Of a stretch of 64,000 nucleotides of DNA, positions 1 to 8,929 are shown piece by piece. Source of the DNA: an uncultured delta proteobacterium (lineage in GTDB: Bacteria > Desulfobacterota > Syntrophia > Syntrophales > Smithellaceae); the NCBI GenBank assembly GCA_963851005.1, contig CAWKNI010000002.1, forward strand, positions 6,156 through 70,155. The letters are read 5' to 3'. Under the pieces are notes generated by a model. It was not told the DNA's origin. It was given only the letters and a program-made list of their open reading frames with translations, and searched no databases. Every line of letters begins with the position of its first letter. The first letter of the stretch is position 1. The position numbers were made by a program, and so were the translations under genes.

Positions 1-63
1 ATCAGGGAAAATAAACCACTCAGCATAATCAAAGAAGAGATCAAAAAAGAAACTTCTTCCCCC

Positions 64-681
64 ATGAGTATATCGAAGCAGTCTAATCTATCATCCGACA
101 AACACGCTGCCATCCTCTCGTCCTCTATCGCACTGTTCCTGGAAAAGGGATATGCTGAGACAAGCACATCCGATATCGCACATCATGCAAAAATAAGTAA
201 AGGGACCATCTACCAAAATTTCAGCAATAAGGAAGAAATCTTCATGGCCTGTTCAGACAGGATATTTCGTGACATGTATAATGATGTCTGGAATGAGATC
301 AAGGGAGAAAAAAAAATGGACCTGAGGTTGGCAAAACGAGGGAAGGCATTCTTCTCTTCATATCCCCAATGGATATCCATGATGAATCTTGTGAAAAGTC
401 TCTCGGTGGGCGACAATCATTCATTCCGGGCAAAATTCTATCAATTGATACAACAAATGGTTAATCCAATGATCCGAGAAATCGAGCACCTGAAACAAGA
501 AGGACTCATCCGGAAAGATATCGATTGCGATCTGGCAGGATACATCTTAATGGGAATGGCTGAATATGGTGCATGGCTGGTGATGTACGAGAATTATTCT
601 GAAGAAACGATCAGGCAAAGCTTGATGACCATCTTTTCTGAAGGGATTACCACCAAGCAATCCAGAAGGAACCATCTTTGA
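64..681 (+). CDS. TetR/AcrR-family transcriptional regulator
   Basis: 205-aa ORF. The N-terminal HTH signature TSTSDIAHHAKISKGTIYQNFSNKEEIF fits the TetR_N pattern, followed by a helical C-terminal half. Confidence 0.85.
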   Translation: MSISKQSNLSSDKHAAILSSSIALFLEKGYAETSTSDIAHHAKISKGTIYQNFSNKEEIFMACSDRIFRDMYNDVWNEIKGEKKMDLRLAKRGKAFFSSYPQWISMMNLVKSLSVGDNHSFRAKFYQLIQQMVNPMIREIEHLKQEGLIRKDIDCDLAGYILMGMAEYGAWLVMYENYSEETIRQSLMTIFSEGITTKQSRRNHL

Positions 682-1064
682 CAATACTAGATGTAATTAC
701 ATACGAGTTGTCCTGAACTACTCTTGGGACGACATTATCCAATGGACCTGCCTCCAGCACAGGTACCACTTGTTAAATTAAAGTTCATAAATTTTTGTTT
801 ATTTCAAATTGAAATGTTGTATGAATTGGTAGAATGAGAAAAACAATCTTACAGGAAGAAGTAAATGCCCTGCCATTTATAAAAATCACGTACCTAAATA
901 TCACTATTTCATTCTGAAATCAATAAAATGGGGAGTGTGTTTTATTCTATCTTAGTATTTGAAGACTCGATTTTCATAAAGACAATATGTTGTCTACTGA
1001 AATAATGACTTTGTATCGTCTTTGCACTTGATGTCAATAAAACTCTGTCCACCGACAATTAATT

Positions 1065-2297
1065 TTATACTGTTGTTTTCTTAAATGGCAATACTTTGGC
1101 TCCTACTTTTAATCCATCAAGATAATCCGCCCATGTTTGCATCATTTTACGTCTTTCATTTAAGTGAGCTGTTCGATTATAGGCGCGTCCGTTCGGGTCA
1201 CGAACTGCGTGAGCCAATTGATGTTCAATGAAGTCCGGTCTTACTTGCAATACTTCATCAAGAATAGTTCTAGCCATTGCCCTGAATCCATGCCCGGACA
1301 TTTCTTCTTTTGGATAACCCATAATCCGCAAAGCCACAAGAATAGCATTTTCACTCATGGGACGTTGAGGAGTTCTTTCTGATGGAAACAAATATCGTCC
1401 TGAACCTGTGAGTGTGTGAAGTTGCTTTAATATCTCTATTGCCTGTCGTGACAATGGCACAAGATGAGCTTCTTTCATTTTCATTTTACTTGCTGGAATA
1501 TTCCATTCAGCGTTTTCAAAATTAATTTCAGACCATTCAGCATGACGAAGTTCTCCGGGACGAACAAAAACCAAAGGCGCAAACTTTAATGCGCATTGAA
1601 CAACAAATGTTCCCTGATAACTGTCAATAGCCCTGAGAAGATTACCTACTTCTTTAGGTTCTATAATTGCAGCTCTATGAATAGTTTTTACGGGTGATAA
1701 TGCGCCTTTTAAATCTTCTGCCGGGTTACGATCGGCACGTCCGGTTGCAACTGCATATCTGAATACTTGACCACAAATATTTCTTGTACGGTGAGCAAGT
1801 TCCAATGCATCTCTTGATTCTATCCGCCTTAATACTGATAATAACTCAGGAGCTTTTATATCTTTTATTGGTCGTGAACCAATCCAAGGGAAAACATTTA
1901 TATCCAAACGGTGCATAATTTTATCTGCGTATTCTTCCTGCCATTTTGATTTGAATCTTTCCAGCCATTCCTTGGCTATGACCTCGAAGGTTTCAGTTTC
2001 TTCAACTTTTGCCTGTTTTTGTGCTTTGTGGACTGCGCCGGGGTCAATTCCATGTGCTATCTGTGCCCTTGCTTCATCTCTTCGCTTTCTTGCGTCTAGA
2101 AGGTTTATTTCAGGATATGCGCCGAAGGCTAATTTATTTTCCTTGCCGGCAAATCTATATTTGAAACGCCATAACTTTCCCCCGGAAGGTGTGACCAGAA
2201 GAAATAAACCGCCGCCGTCAAATAATGTGATGGGTTTATCTTTTGATTTTACTTTTTGAATCTTCATGTCGGACAATGGAATAATTCTCTTTGGCAT
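1065..2297 (-). CDS. Tyrosine recombinase, P4-type phage/island integrase (DUF4102 N-terminus)
   Basis: 410-aa ORF. N-terminal arm-binding region GGGLFLLVTPSGGKLWRFKYRFAGKE; C-terminal catalytic region HGFRAMARTIL...HQLAH...AYNRTAHL. It lies about 180 bp from the 3' end of tRNA-Asn. Confidence 0.9.
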   Translation of the reverse strand: MPKRIIPLSDMKIQKVKSKDKPITLFDGGGLFLLVTPSGGKLWRFKYRFAGKENKLAFGAYPEINLLDARKRRDEARAQIAHGIDPGAVHKAQKQAKVEETETFEVIAKEWLERFKSKWQEEYADKIMHRLDINVFPWIGSRPIKDIKAPELLSVLRRIESRDALELAHRTRNICGQVFRYAVATGRADRNPAEDLKGALSPVKTIHRAAIIEPKEVGNLLRAIDSYQGTFVVQCALKFAPLVFVRPGELRHAEWSEINFENAEWNIPASKMKMKEAHLVPLSRQAIEILKQLHTLTGSGRYLFPSERTPQRPMSENAILVALRIMGYPKEEMSGHGFRAMARTILDEVLQVRPDFIEHQLAHAVRDPNGRAYNRTAHLNERRKMMQTWADYLDGLKVGAKVLPFKKTTV

Positions 2298-2315
2298 AAA
2301 AGACCTCCTTTTTTT

Positions 2316-2365
2316 GGGTACCCGCGATATGTTTTAGGTACCTAATGGCTGTTATTGGGTACCCA
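2316..2365. promoter_or_regulatory. Three phased GGTACC-centred palindromes upstream of the integrase (candidate operator / arm-type sites)
   Basis: GGGTACCC (2316-2323), TAGGTACCTA (2335-2344) and TGGGTACCCA (2356-2365). Centres are about 20-21 bp apart, starting 19 bp upstream of the integrase start codon. Confidence 0.35.
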
Positions 2366-2414
2366 AAACAACTTTATTTTAATGGAGTGTATAACACGTC
2401 TTTGGACAAAAAAC

Positions 2415-2447
2415 AATAAAAAACCCGCTATTTCTAACGGGTTTTTG
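2415..2447 (-). terminator. Hairpin terminator downstream of tRNA-Asn (bidirectional in shape)
   Basis: Stem AAACCCG (2421-2427) / CGGGTTT (2438-2444) with A-run and T-run flanks. Read on the minus strand it follows the tRNA 3' end. Confidence 0.5.
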
Positions 2448-2477
2448 TATTTCCTAGTATCACCTAGGATTGTGTTC

Positions 2478-2553
2478 TGGCTCCCCAGCGCGGACTCGAA
2501 CCACGGACATGCTGGTTAACAGCCAGCCGCTCTACCGACTGAGCTACTGGGGA
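2478..2553 (-). tRNA. tRNA-Asn (anticodon GTT), CCA encoded
   Basis: 76-nt cloverleaf read on the minus strand: acceptor TCCCCAG/CTGGGGA, D-arm GCTC-AGTCGGTA-GAGC, anticodon arm GCTGG-CTGTTAA-CCAGC, T-arm CGTGG-TTCGAGT-CCGCG, discriminator G, CCA. Confidence 0.93.
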
Positions 2554-2769
2554 ATATTTGTTTTTTGCTGGCGCTACATAATATAAGAAGAGGCGGATGT
2601 CAACCCCCAATTGAATATTTATTAAAATATTAGATTACCTTGGCTATTATCTATAATAACTAAATTATTCAAATCAATTTGCGCATTTTGTAACTAAAAT
2701 ATTTTCTATTTAACCGTATCATTTTCTTGCCTCTGAAATCATGATGGGATATAAAAGCGTAATTCTATA

Positions 2770-3936
2770 ATGGTAAAAATGGTAATAAATTTGAGAGTTA
2801 AAGTTAAAGGCCAGAAATTTCTGAAAAAATACATACTGGATGAAGGATTGTGCACTGGTTGCGGCGCTTGCGTAAGCCTTTGTCCTTATCAGGTTATATA
2901 TCATGACCGGACGGTGCAGTTGCATAAATGTGATCTTGAAGATGGCAAATGTTATGCTTTTTGTCCCCGAACGGGGACCAATCTCGACACGCTGAGAGAA
3001 CTTCTGTTTGAACAGGATGATCTGACGCCGGAAATCGGCGCGGTGAAAGGTTATTATTTTTCTCAGGCTGTCGATCATGAGTTGCGCGAAATTGCCCAGC
3101 ACGGGGCAACGGTAACGGCTTTGATGGAATTGGCGTTAGCCGAAGGTTTGATTGATTCCGCCATTGTCTCTTCCCGCAATCAGGAATTTATGCAAAATGG
3201 TGTTATCGCCAGTGACAGAGGAGCCCTGCGAAAAAATGCCGGCAGCAAGTTTACTGTTTCGCCCACGATAGCGGCTTTTAATCAACTGGTCACGGAAGAT
3301 AAAGGGAATATAGGAGTCGTCGCGACTCCCTGTCAGGCTCTGGCGTTGGCCAAGATGAAGTTAGTGAAGGAAGGTAATTCCAGAATCGATCAACTGAAAT
3401 TGGTTGTTGGTTTATACTGCGGCTGGACTCTATCAGCGGATAAATATATAAAGTTACTGCTGGAGAAGAATATTAGTTTGGAATCAATCACGGGAATGGA
3501 TATTCCGGCAGGGAAGAACGTTTTGGAACTCTACATTAATGATAGCGTTAAATCCATTCCCGTTGATGAAGTGCAGGATTGTATCCAGGATGCCTGTCTT
3601 TATTGCATGGACAGTACGGCGGAATATGCCGATATTTCAGTTGGGGCAGCGCGTTTTTCCGATGACTGGGAAGAAGTGCGTCAATGGAATCAGTTAATTG
3701 TGCGGACGCAGAAAGGTAAAGAACTAGTGGACTTGGCGATCAAAAAAGGTGTTCTGGAAGTTAGGGAAACTTCGGCGGAGAGTTTGAAGGAACTGAAAAA
3801 TGCCGCTGTAAAAAAGAAAAAAGAAGCGCTAAAAAACATTGTCCGGAAAAGCGGATCAATAAAAAATCTTTTGTATTTGGATGGACGTGATCCGATGGTT
3901 AAAAAATATTTGGCAGTTGAAAAGAAAAGAGCATGA
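2770..3936 (+). CDS. FrhB/FdhB-family (coenzyme F420 hydrogenase/dehydrogenase beta-like) Fe-S flavoprotein
   Basis: 388-aa ORF. N-terminal 4Fe-4S motif CTGCGACVSLCP; later GVVATPCQALA, LVVGLYCGWT and CLYCMDSTAEYADISVGAAR, which are typical of the FrhB N/C domains. Confidence 0.75.
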   Translation: MVKMVINLRVKVKGQKFLKKYILDEGLCTGCGACVSLCPYQVIYHDRTVQLHKCDLEDGKCYAFCPRTGTNLDTLRELLFEQDDLTPEIGAVKGYYFSQAVDHELREIAQHGATVTALMELALAEGLIDSAIVSSRNQEFMQNGVIASDRGALRKNAGSKFTVSPTIAAFNQLVTEDKGNIGVVATPCQALALAKMKLVKEGNSRIDQLKLVVGLYCGWTLSADKYIKLLLEKNISLESITGMDIPAGKNVLELYINDSVKSIPVDEVQDCIQDACLYCMDSTAEYADISVGAARFSDDWEEVRQWNQLIVRTQKGKELVDLAIKKGVLEVRETSAESLKELKNAAVKKKKEALKNIVRKSGSIKNLLYLDGRDPMVKKYLAVEKKRA

Positions 3937-3940
3937 GTTT

Positions 3941-5881
3941 ATGAATAAATTATTATCACCAGCCAAAACCGAAGTTTTATTTATGGGCAATGAAGCCATC
4001 GCGCGCGGCGCGCTGGAGGCGGGCGTCAGTGTCGTTTCCGGCTATCCCGGCACACCTTCGTCGGAAGTAATAGAACGACTGTCGGAAGTCGCCGGCGAAA
4101 GAAACCTTTACGTGGAGTGGTCAACCAACGAAAAGGTGGCTCTGGAAGTCGCCGCTGCCGCGTCTTTTTCCGGTTTGCGTTCGATGTGCGTGATGAAACA
4201 AAACGGTGTCAATGTCGCCTCCGATTTTCTTCTGCATCTGTCTTCTTCAGGCACGCGCGGCGGAATAGTGTTGGTTGAGTGTGAAGACCCCGGCGCATTG
4301 TCGAGCGTCAACGAGGGGGAATCAAGGTATTTCGCGCGCATGCTGGAAGTTCCGCTTCTGGAGCCGGCCAATTTTCAGGAAGCCAAGGATTTGACCAAGT
4401 GGGCGTTTGAGTTGTCGGAAAAAATCAGAAATGTTGTCATGCTGCGCTCGGTCACGCGCATGTCGCACGCGAGCGGCAACGTCATTTGCGGCAAGCTGCC
4501 GCAGAAATTCCGCACAGCCCGCTTTGTTTCCGACGGTTCGATTATGGATCCGTTAAGAGGGCCGGTCGTCAGCACGCCGGTTGTTCTCAAACACAATCTT
4601 CAGCAGAAAAAATTACAGGAAGCTCAGGAACTTTTTGAAAAGAGTCCTTTTAATAGCTATTTTGGTCCCAAACGTCCGGAGCTTCTAATGATGACCAGCA
4701 GCGCCTGTTTTCTCTACAGCAGGGAAGCTGTCGATTTACTGGGACTGCAAAAGCGCGTCGGGATTTTGAAACTGAGTTGCACCTGGCCTTTGCCTGTGAA
4801 ACTTTTGAAAAAATATCTGCGCCTGACCGGTAAGATTATGGTCGTGGAAGAAGTGCTGCCATTCCTTGAAGAAAATATTAAAGTCGCCGCGATGGGAATG
4901 CTCAAAGATACCGGCATTAAAACTTTCTACGGGAAAATGGATAACACACTACCTTCAGCCGGTGAAATGAATCCCGAAATTGTTGTAGCGGCTCTGAGCA
5001 AAATAATGAAGGTCAAGCCAAAATTATTGCCGGCAAGTTATCTTCACGAAATTCAGAAAGTTGCGCCACTGGTTCCACCGCGGGAGCAGACATTCTGCCC
5101 CGGTTGTCCGCACCGCGCGTCTTTCTGGAATATCAACACAGCGCTGAAATTCGACGGTCGCGAAGGCATTGTCTGCGGCGATATCGGCTGCTATGCGATG
5201 GCGGCGCTTTGGCCGGCTATCGGTTTCCATACCGTGCGCACGCTTCATTCTATGGGATCGGGCACGGGGCTGGCCAGCGGCTTTGCCAAACTGGCGGGTT
5301 TCGGTCTGGATAAACCAGTCATGGCGGTTTGCGGCGATTCCACTTTTTATCACGCGGTTATTCCCGCGCTCGTCAACGCCCAGCATAACCGCGCGGATAT
5401 TACCTTCATCGTTCTGGATAACGCCGGAACGGCAATGACCGGATTTCAACCTCATCCCGGCATAAATGAGAGCGCCATTGGCGAACCTCTGCCAGCAGTT
5501 GACATTGCCGCAATCTGCCGCGCGATGGGAGCGAAAGTTGCTGTCAGCGATCCTTTCGATCTAGAAGAAACTAGCAAGATTCTCACATCTTTTATGGCCG
5601 AACGCGGCTCGCTGAAAGTTCTAATATTGAGGCAGATTTGTGCGCTCAGTCCCGAAAAGAAGGGAAAGAAAAAATATGAGATGAAAGTCAATGAAGAGCT
5701 ATGTCTGGGGGATAACTGCGGCTGCAACCGTTTGTGCACGCGCATTTTCCGCTGTCCGGCGTTGACGTGGGACAGGGCAAAAAAGAAAGCGGGTATTGAT
5801 GAAGTAATCTGTGCGGGCTGCGGCGTTTGTTATTCAATCTGTCCGCAAAAAGCGATAACGAGAACGGAGGCGGCGGGCTGA
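3941..5881 (+). CDS. iorA: Indolepyruvate:ferredoxin oxidoreductase, alpha subunit
   Basis: Start moved to ATG 3941 (MNKLLSPAKTEVLFMGNEAIARGALEAGV..GYPGTPSSE). TPP-binding GDIGCY / GDSTFYH motifs and a C-terminal CAGCGVCYSICP ferredoxin motif. The stop overlaps the iorB start (ATGA). Confidence 0.85.
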   Translation: MNKLLSPAKTEVLFMGNEAIARGALEAGVSVVSGYPGTPSSEVIERLSEVAGERNLYVEWSTNEKVALEVAAAASFSGLRSMCVMKQNGVNVASDFLLHLSSSGTRGGIVLVECEDPGALSSVNEGESRYFARMLEVPLLEPANFQEAKDLTKWAFELSEKIRNVVMLRSVTRMSHASGNVICGKLPQKFRTARFVSDGSIMDPLRGPVVSTPVVLKHNLQQKKLQEAQELFEKSPFNSYFGPKRPELLMMTSSACFLYSREAVDLLGLQKRVGILKLSCTWPLPVKLLKKYLRLTGKIMVVEEVLPFLEENIKVAAMGMLKDTGIKTFYGKMDNTLPSAGEMNPEIVVAALSKIMKVKPKLLPASYLHEIQKVAPLVPPREQTFCPGCPHRASFWNINTALKFDGREGIVCGDIGCYAMAALWPAIGFHTVRTLHSMGSGTGLASGFAKLAGFGLDKPVMAVCGDSTFYHAVIPALVNAQHNRADITFIVLDNAGTAMTGFQPHPGINESAIGEPLPAVDIAAICRAMGAKVAVSDPFDLEETSKILTSFMAERGSLKVLILRQICALSPEKKGKKKYEMKVNEELCLGDNCGCNRLCTRIFRCPALTWDRAKKKAGIDEVICAGCGVCYSICPQKAITRTEAAG

Positions 5882-6492
5882 TGAAGATGTCCTTAGTAAA
5901 AGAACCTACAAATATTATTATCACCGGTGTCGGCGGGCAGGGAAATGTCATGGCCTCGCGCGTGCTTGCCGGAATGTTGGTGAACGCGGGCTTTATCGTC
6001 ACCATCGGTGAAACCTTCGGCATGTCCCAGCGCGGCGGTTCGGTGATGAGTCATCTGCGCGTGTCGTCAACTTCCGTTTTAAGTCCGCAAATTCCGCAGG
6101 GCAGGGCGGATATTATCATCGCACTGGAACCGGTGGAAGCTTTGAGAGTTTTGGTCAAATACGGCAATCAGGATGTCGCTGTCCTGGCCAATTCACGCAT
6201 GGCTTATCCCATGGGAGTTATTACCGGCGAGTTTACCTATCCTTCTCTTGATGAAGTCAAAACAATGTTTATAAAACTTGCTGCAAAAAGCTGGCTGATT
6301 GACGCCACATCAGTAGCGGTTGATTTGGGAAATCCCGTTTTGAGCAATATCGTAATGATCGGAGCGCTGGCGGGCGCGTCATTGCTGCCGATTGACCGCC
6401 GCGCGTTTGAAAAAGAAATTATAAAAAACATGTCTACTGATAAACGTCAGATAAATTTGACTGCATTTGATGCCGGCATAAAAATGCTTTAG
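5881..6492 (+). CDS. iorB: Indolepyruvate:ferredoxin oxidoreductase, beta subunit
   Basis: MKMSLVKEPTNIIITGVGGQGNVMASRVL is typical of the gamma/IorB-type domain. Translationally coupled to iorA. Confidence 0.85.
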   Translation: MKMSLVKEPTNIIITGVGGQGNVMASRVLAGMLVNAGFIVTIGETFGMSQRGGSVMSHLRVSSTSVLSPQIPQGRADIIIALEPVEALRVLVKYGNQDVAVLANSRMAYPMGVITGEFTYPSLDEVKTMFIKLAAKSWLIDATSVAVDLGNPVLSNIVMIGALAGASLLPIDRRAFEKEIIKNMSTDKRQINLTAFDAGIKML

Positions 6493-6538
6493 CGCCCATT
6501 GTAACTTTCTTTGTAACCATGCAAACGGAGGGGATAAA

Positions 6539-6967
6539 ATGAAACAAATAATTTTAACATTGTGCGTCTTTTTTGCTTTCATAAACTTTACCTATGCTGG
6601 AGAAGAACTGTACGACTGCATTGACGCTAATGGTAATGCAATCGTCACGGATAGCCCTCAAGATGGAATGAAAAATTGTGTGTTAAAGGGCTCTAGTAGA
6701 GAACAATCACCAGAAGAACCGGCAAATGAAAAGGCTATAATGGAAAAAGATGATGCAGTTGCAAAAGCGAAAGAAACATCCAAGACAAGTTATAAACGCA
6801 TAAACAATTGTATTGATTGTTGCAACAACAAAATTCAAGTCTGCTATAATTATACTGCAGACAGCAGACTTTGTGTTGCAGAAGGTCAAAACTGTGCTGC
6901 TACTTGCAAATCAGAAGGCGCTTCTCTTTCATCATGGAGTGATTGTTGGTTTCAGTCTGACAAATAA
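6539..6967 (+). CDS. Secreted cysteine-rich protein with a DUF4124-like N-terminal motif
   Basis: 142-aa ORF with RBS GGAGGGG. Signal peptide MKQIILTLCVFFAFINFTYA; LYDCIDANGNAIVTDSP resembles DUF4124; the C-terminal third has 9 Cys. Confidence 0.5.
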   Translation: MKQIILTLCVFFAFINFTYAGEELYDCIDANGNAIVTDSPQDGMKNCVLKGSSREQSPEEPANEKAIMEKDDAVAKAKETSKTSYKRINNCIDCCNNKIQVCYNYTADSRLCVAEGQNCAATCKSEGASLSSWSDCWFQSDK

Positions 6968-7258
6968 TCAAATATAAATTTATTGTTTGGACATTGGATT
7001 TGAATACTTCACTGGTAATTTATATTGTTGCCGGCTCAAACAAATTGAGCCCCTGCAGGTAAACTCAACAAGCATTTTTTTCTGAAATAGACAAATCGTT
7101 ATCCTTGTCAGATTTGTTAACTTGCAATCCAAAATAAATAATACCGTGTTTTTTTCTTTTTTAAAAAAAGAAAATGTGCTAAATAGATACCCGCCCCATC
7201 TAAATAAGTAAAGTTCATATAAGTAACTGTCAGCAAATGAGTAAATGGAGAAATAATA

Positions 7259-7984
7259 ATGTTTCAACACAAGGCGATTCTGAATGTATTGTTATTTCTT
7301 TTTTCTTTAATATTATTTTTATCACTAACAGGTTGTGCGACTTTAGCCGTCGATCAGTTCATTTTACATCCTCGATCTGAGTTCGTTGATGAATTTACGC
7401 CAACAACTATTGAATTGGCAGGAATTTACTCCGGACGTGAAACAATTAATGGTCATAGTTATGCAATTATAACGGTCTTGAATGATTCCAATGATTGCAA
7501 GGAAAGACCTATCATTGAATTACTTTTGCCCATGGAAAAGAATTCTGATGCCAAATCAACGCTTCGTTTTGGCAAATCCCCAAAGGATCTGTTATCTGCA
7601 GGAGATATATATGCCGGCCAACCCGTGAGAATTGTCTTTTATTCTTCATCGAATGATAATGAAATAAACATTGATAAATCTATGACTTCAATGCTGTCCC
7701 GCCATAATTGGATTGGCTATGCTTCCGTGGTAATTGTCGGATATAAAAAAGGTAGTCGTAATATAGATAGACTTGCGTACAGAATTACTTCTGAAGCTAA
7801 TGATATTTTAGTGCGGCCATTTGATTGTAATGGGCTTTGTCATTCAACTTGGACATGTAAAAATAAGGAAGATAATGCCTCTGGAATAATTCTTATGCCT
7901 TTTGCTTTAGTATTCGACTTTATAACTGCCCCTGTTCAGGTGTGCCTCTCGGTAGTTAACCTTTTCATTCCTGCGGGGCCTTAA
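7259..7984 (+). CDS. Lipoprotein of unknown function
   Basis: 241-aa ORF. Signal peptide ending in the lipobox LTGC (FLSLTGCATL). No recognisable domain. Confidence 0.55.
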   Translation: MFQHKAILNVLLFLFSLILFLSLTGCATLAVDQFILHPRSEFVDEFTPTTIELAGIYSGRETINGHSYAIITVLNDSNDCKERPIIELLLPMEKNSDAKSTLRFGKSPKDLLSAGDIYAGQPVRIVFYSSSNDNEINIDKSMTSMLSRHNWIGYASVVIVGYKKGSRNIDRLAYRITSEANDILVRPFDCNGLCHSTWTCKNKEDNASGIILMPFALVFDFITAPVQVCLSVVNLFIPAGP

Positions 7985-8118
7985 ATCCTCTGTACAAATG
8001 TTGTTTTCACCTTAAGTGTCGTTGACAATTGAATAAATTTCTGTAAATATAAAAGCGTGGATGTCTGATAAATTATAAATTGATAGTTAGAAAATAATAT
8101 TTATGGGGAGGTATAGCT

Positions 8119-8898
8119 ATGCCTGAAGAAATAGATATTGATACATTTGATGATTCTAACGAACAAGCAGATATTAAAACTCCTGATGATTCTGAAAAAC
8201 GAGTGAACAACAATAAACCTAATAATTCTAAAAAACGAATGTTAAAAATCGGAATTTTTGCAATTCTTGTTTTTATAGTAATATTAATCGGTTTTGTTAT
8301 TGTGTTTTATGTAATGAATGAAACTTCTACTAATCCACCAAAACAAAAAGTGTCTAAATCAACTCCATCAGCAACAGCAAAACCGGCGAGAGTAGCATCG
8401 CCCCCACCAGTATCAACATCAAAACAAACTGTTCCGACTGCTGTCACCGAGAGTCCGGCTGCAAAAGAACAGTTGAATACTGATATTAAATTACAATCGA
8501 ATGATAACAATGGATACTTTAAAAGAGGCTATGCCTACTATGCACTCGGCAAGTATGAACTAGCCATCAAGGACTATAATGAGGCAATACGCCTGAAACC
8601 GGATGAAGTCGATGAATACAACAACAGAGGCGTTGCTTATGTTTATTTGAAACAATATCATAAAGCACAAGAGGACTTTGATGCAGCAATCAGATTGAAA
8701 CCTGATGATACCAGTGCTTATTATAATTACGCCTGTATGTTTGCTCTTCAAAAAGACTTCAAACAATCCTGCAAATGGTTGCAACAAGCAATGGAAAAAG
8801 GATATAAAGATTGGAAGCATATTAATGAAGATAAAGATTTTGACAATATAAGAAAATCATCATGTTTTATCGATATTCTCAAAAAACATGGGAAATGA
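8119..8898 (+). CDS. Membrane-anchored TPR-repeat protein
   Basis: 259-aa ORF with one TM helix (IGIFAILVFIVILIGFVIVFYV), a Pro/Ser/Thr-rich linker, then TPR units (AIKDYNEAIRLKPDEVDEYNNRGVAY.., AQEDFDAAIRLKPDD). Confidence 0.7.
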   Translation: MPEEIDIDTFDDSNEQADIKTPDDSEKRVNNNKPNNSKKRMLKIGIFAILVFIVILIGFVIVFYVMNETSTNPPKQKVSKSTPSATAKPARVASPPPVSTSKQTVPTAVTESPAAKEQLNTDIKLQSNDNNGYFKRGYAYYALGKYELAIKDYNEAIRLKPDEVDEYNNRGVAYVYLKQYHKAQEDFDAAIRLKPDDTSAYYNYACMFALQKDFKQSCKWLQQAMEKGYKDWKHINEDKDFDNIRKSSCFIDILKKHGK

Positions 8899-8929
8899 AC
8901 CGGTAGGTTGTCGCTAAATTTATTAATGC

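Noticed and set aside
682-1064. Possible attR (repeat of the tRNA-Asn 3' end) for the integrase-associated island
   Set aside because: Only 7-nt (GACTCGA, about 965) and loose (GCCTCCAGCACAGG, about 750) resemblances to the tRNA 3' half were found. These are too short to call. The true boundary is probably outside the window.
3881-3940. Upstream extensions of iorA (from 3881) and iorB (from 5827) as given in the ORF track
   Set aside because: The extensions overlap the preceding genes and precede the conserved N-termini. ATG 3941 and the ATGA-coupled ATG 5881 fit the family N-termini.
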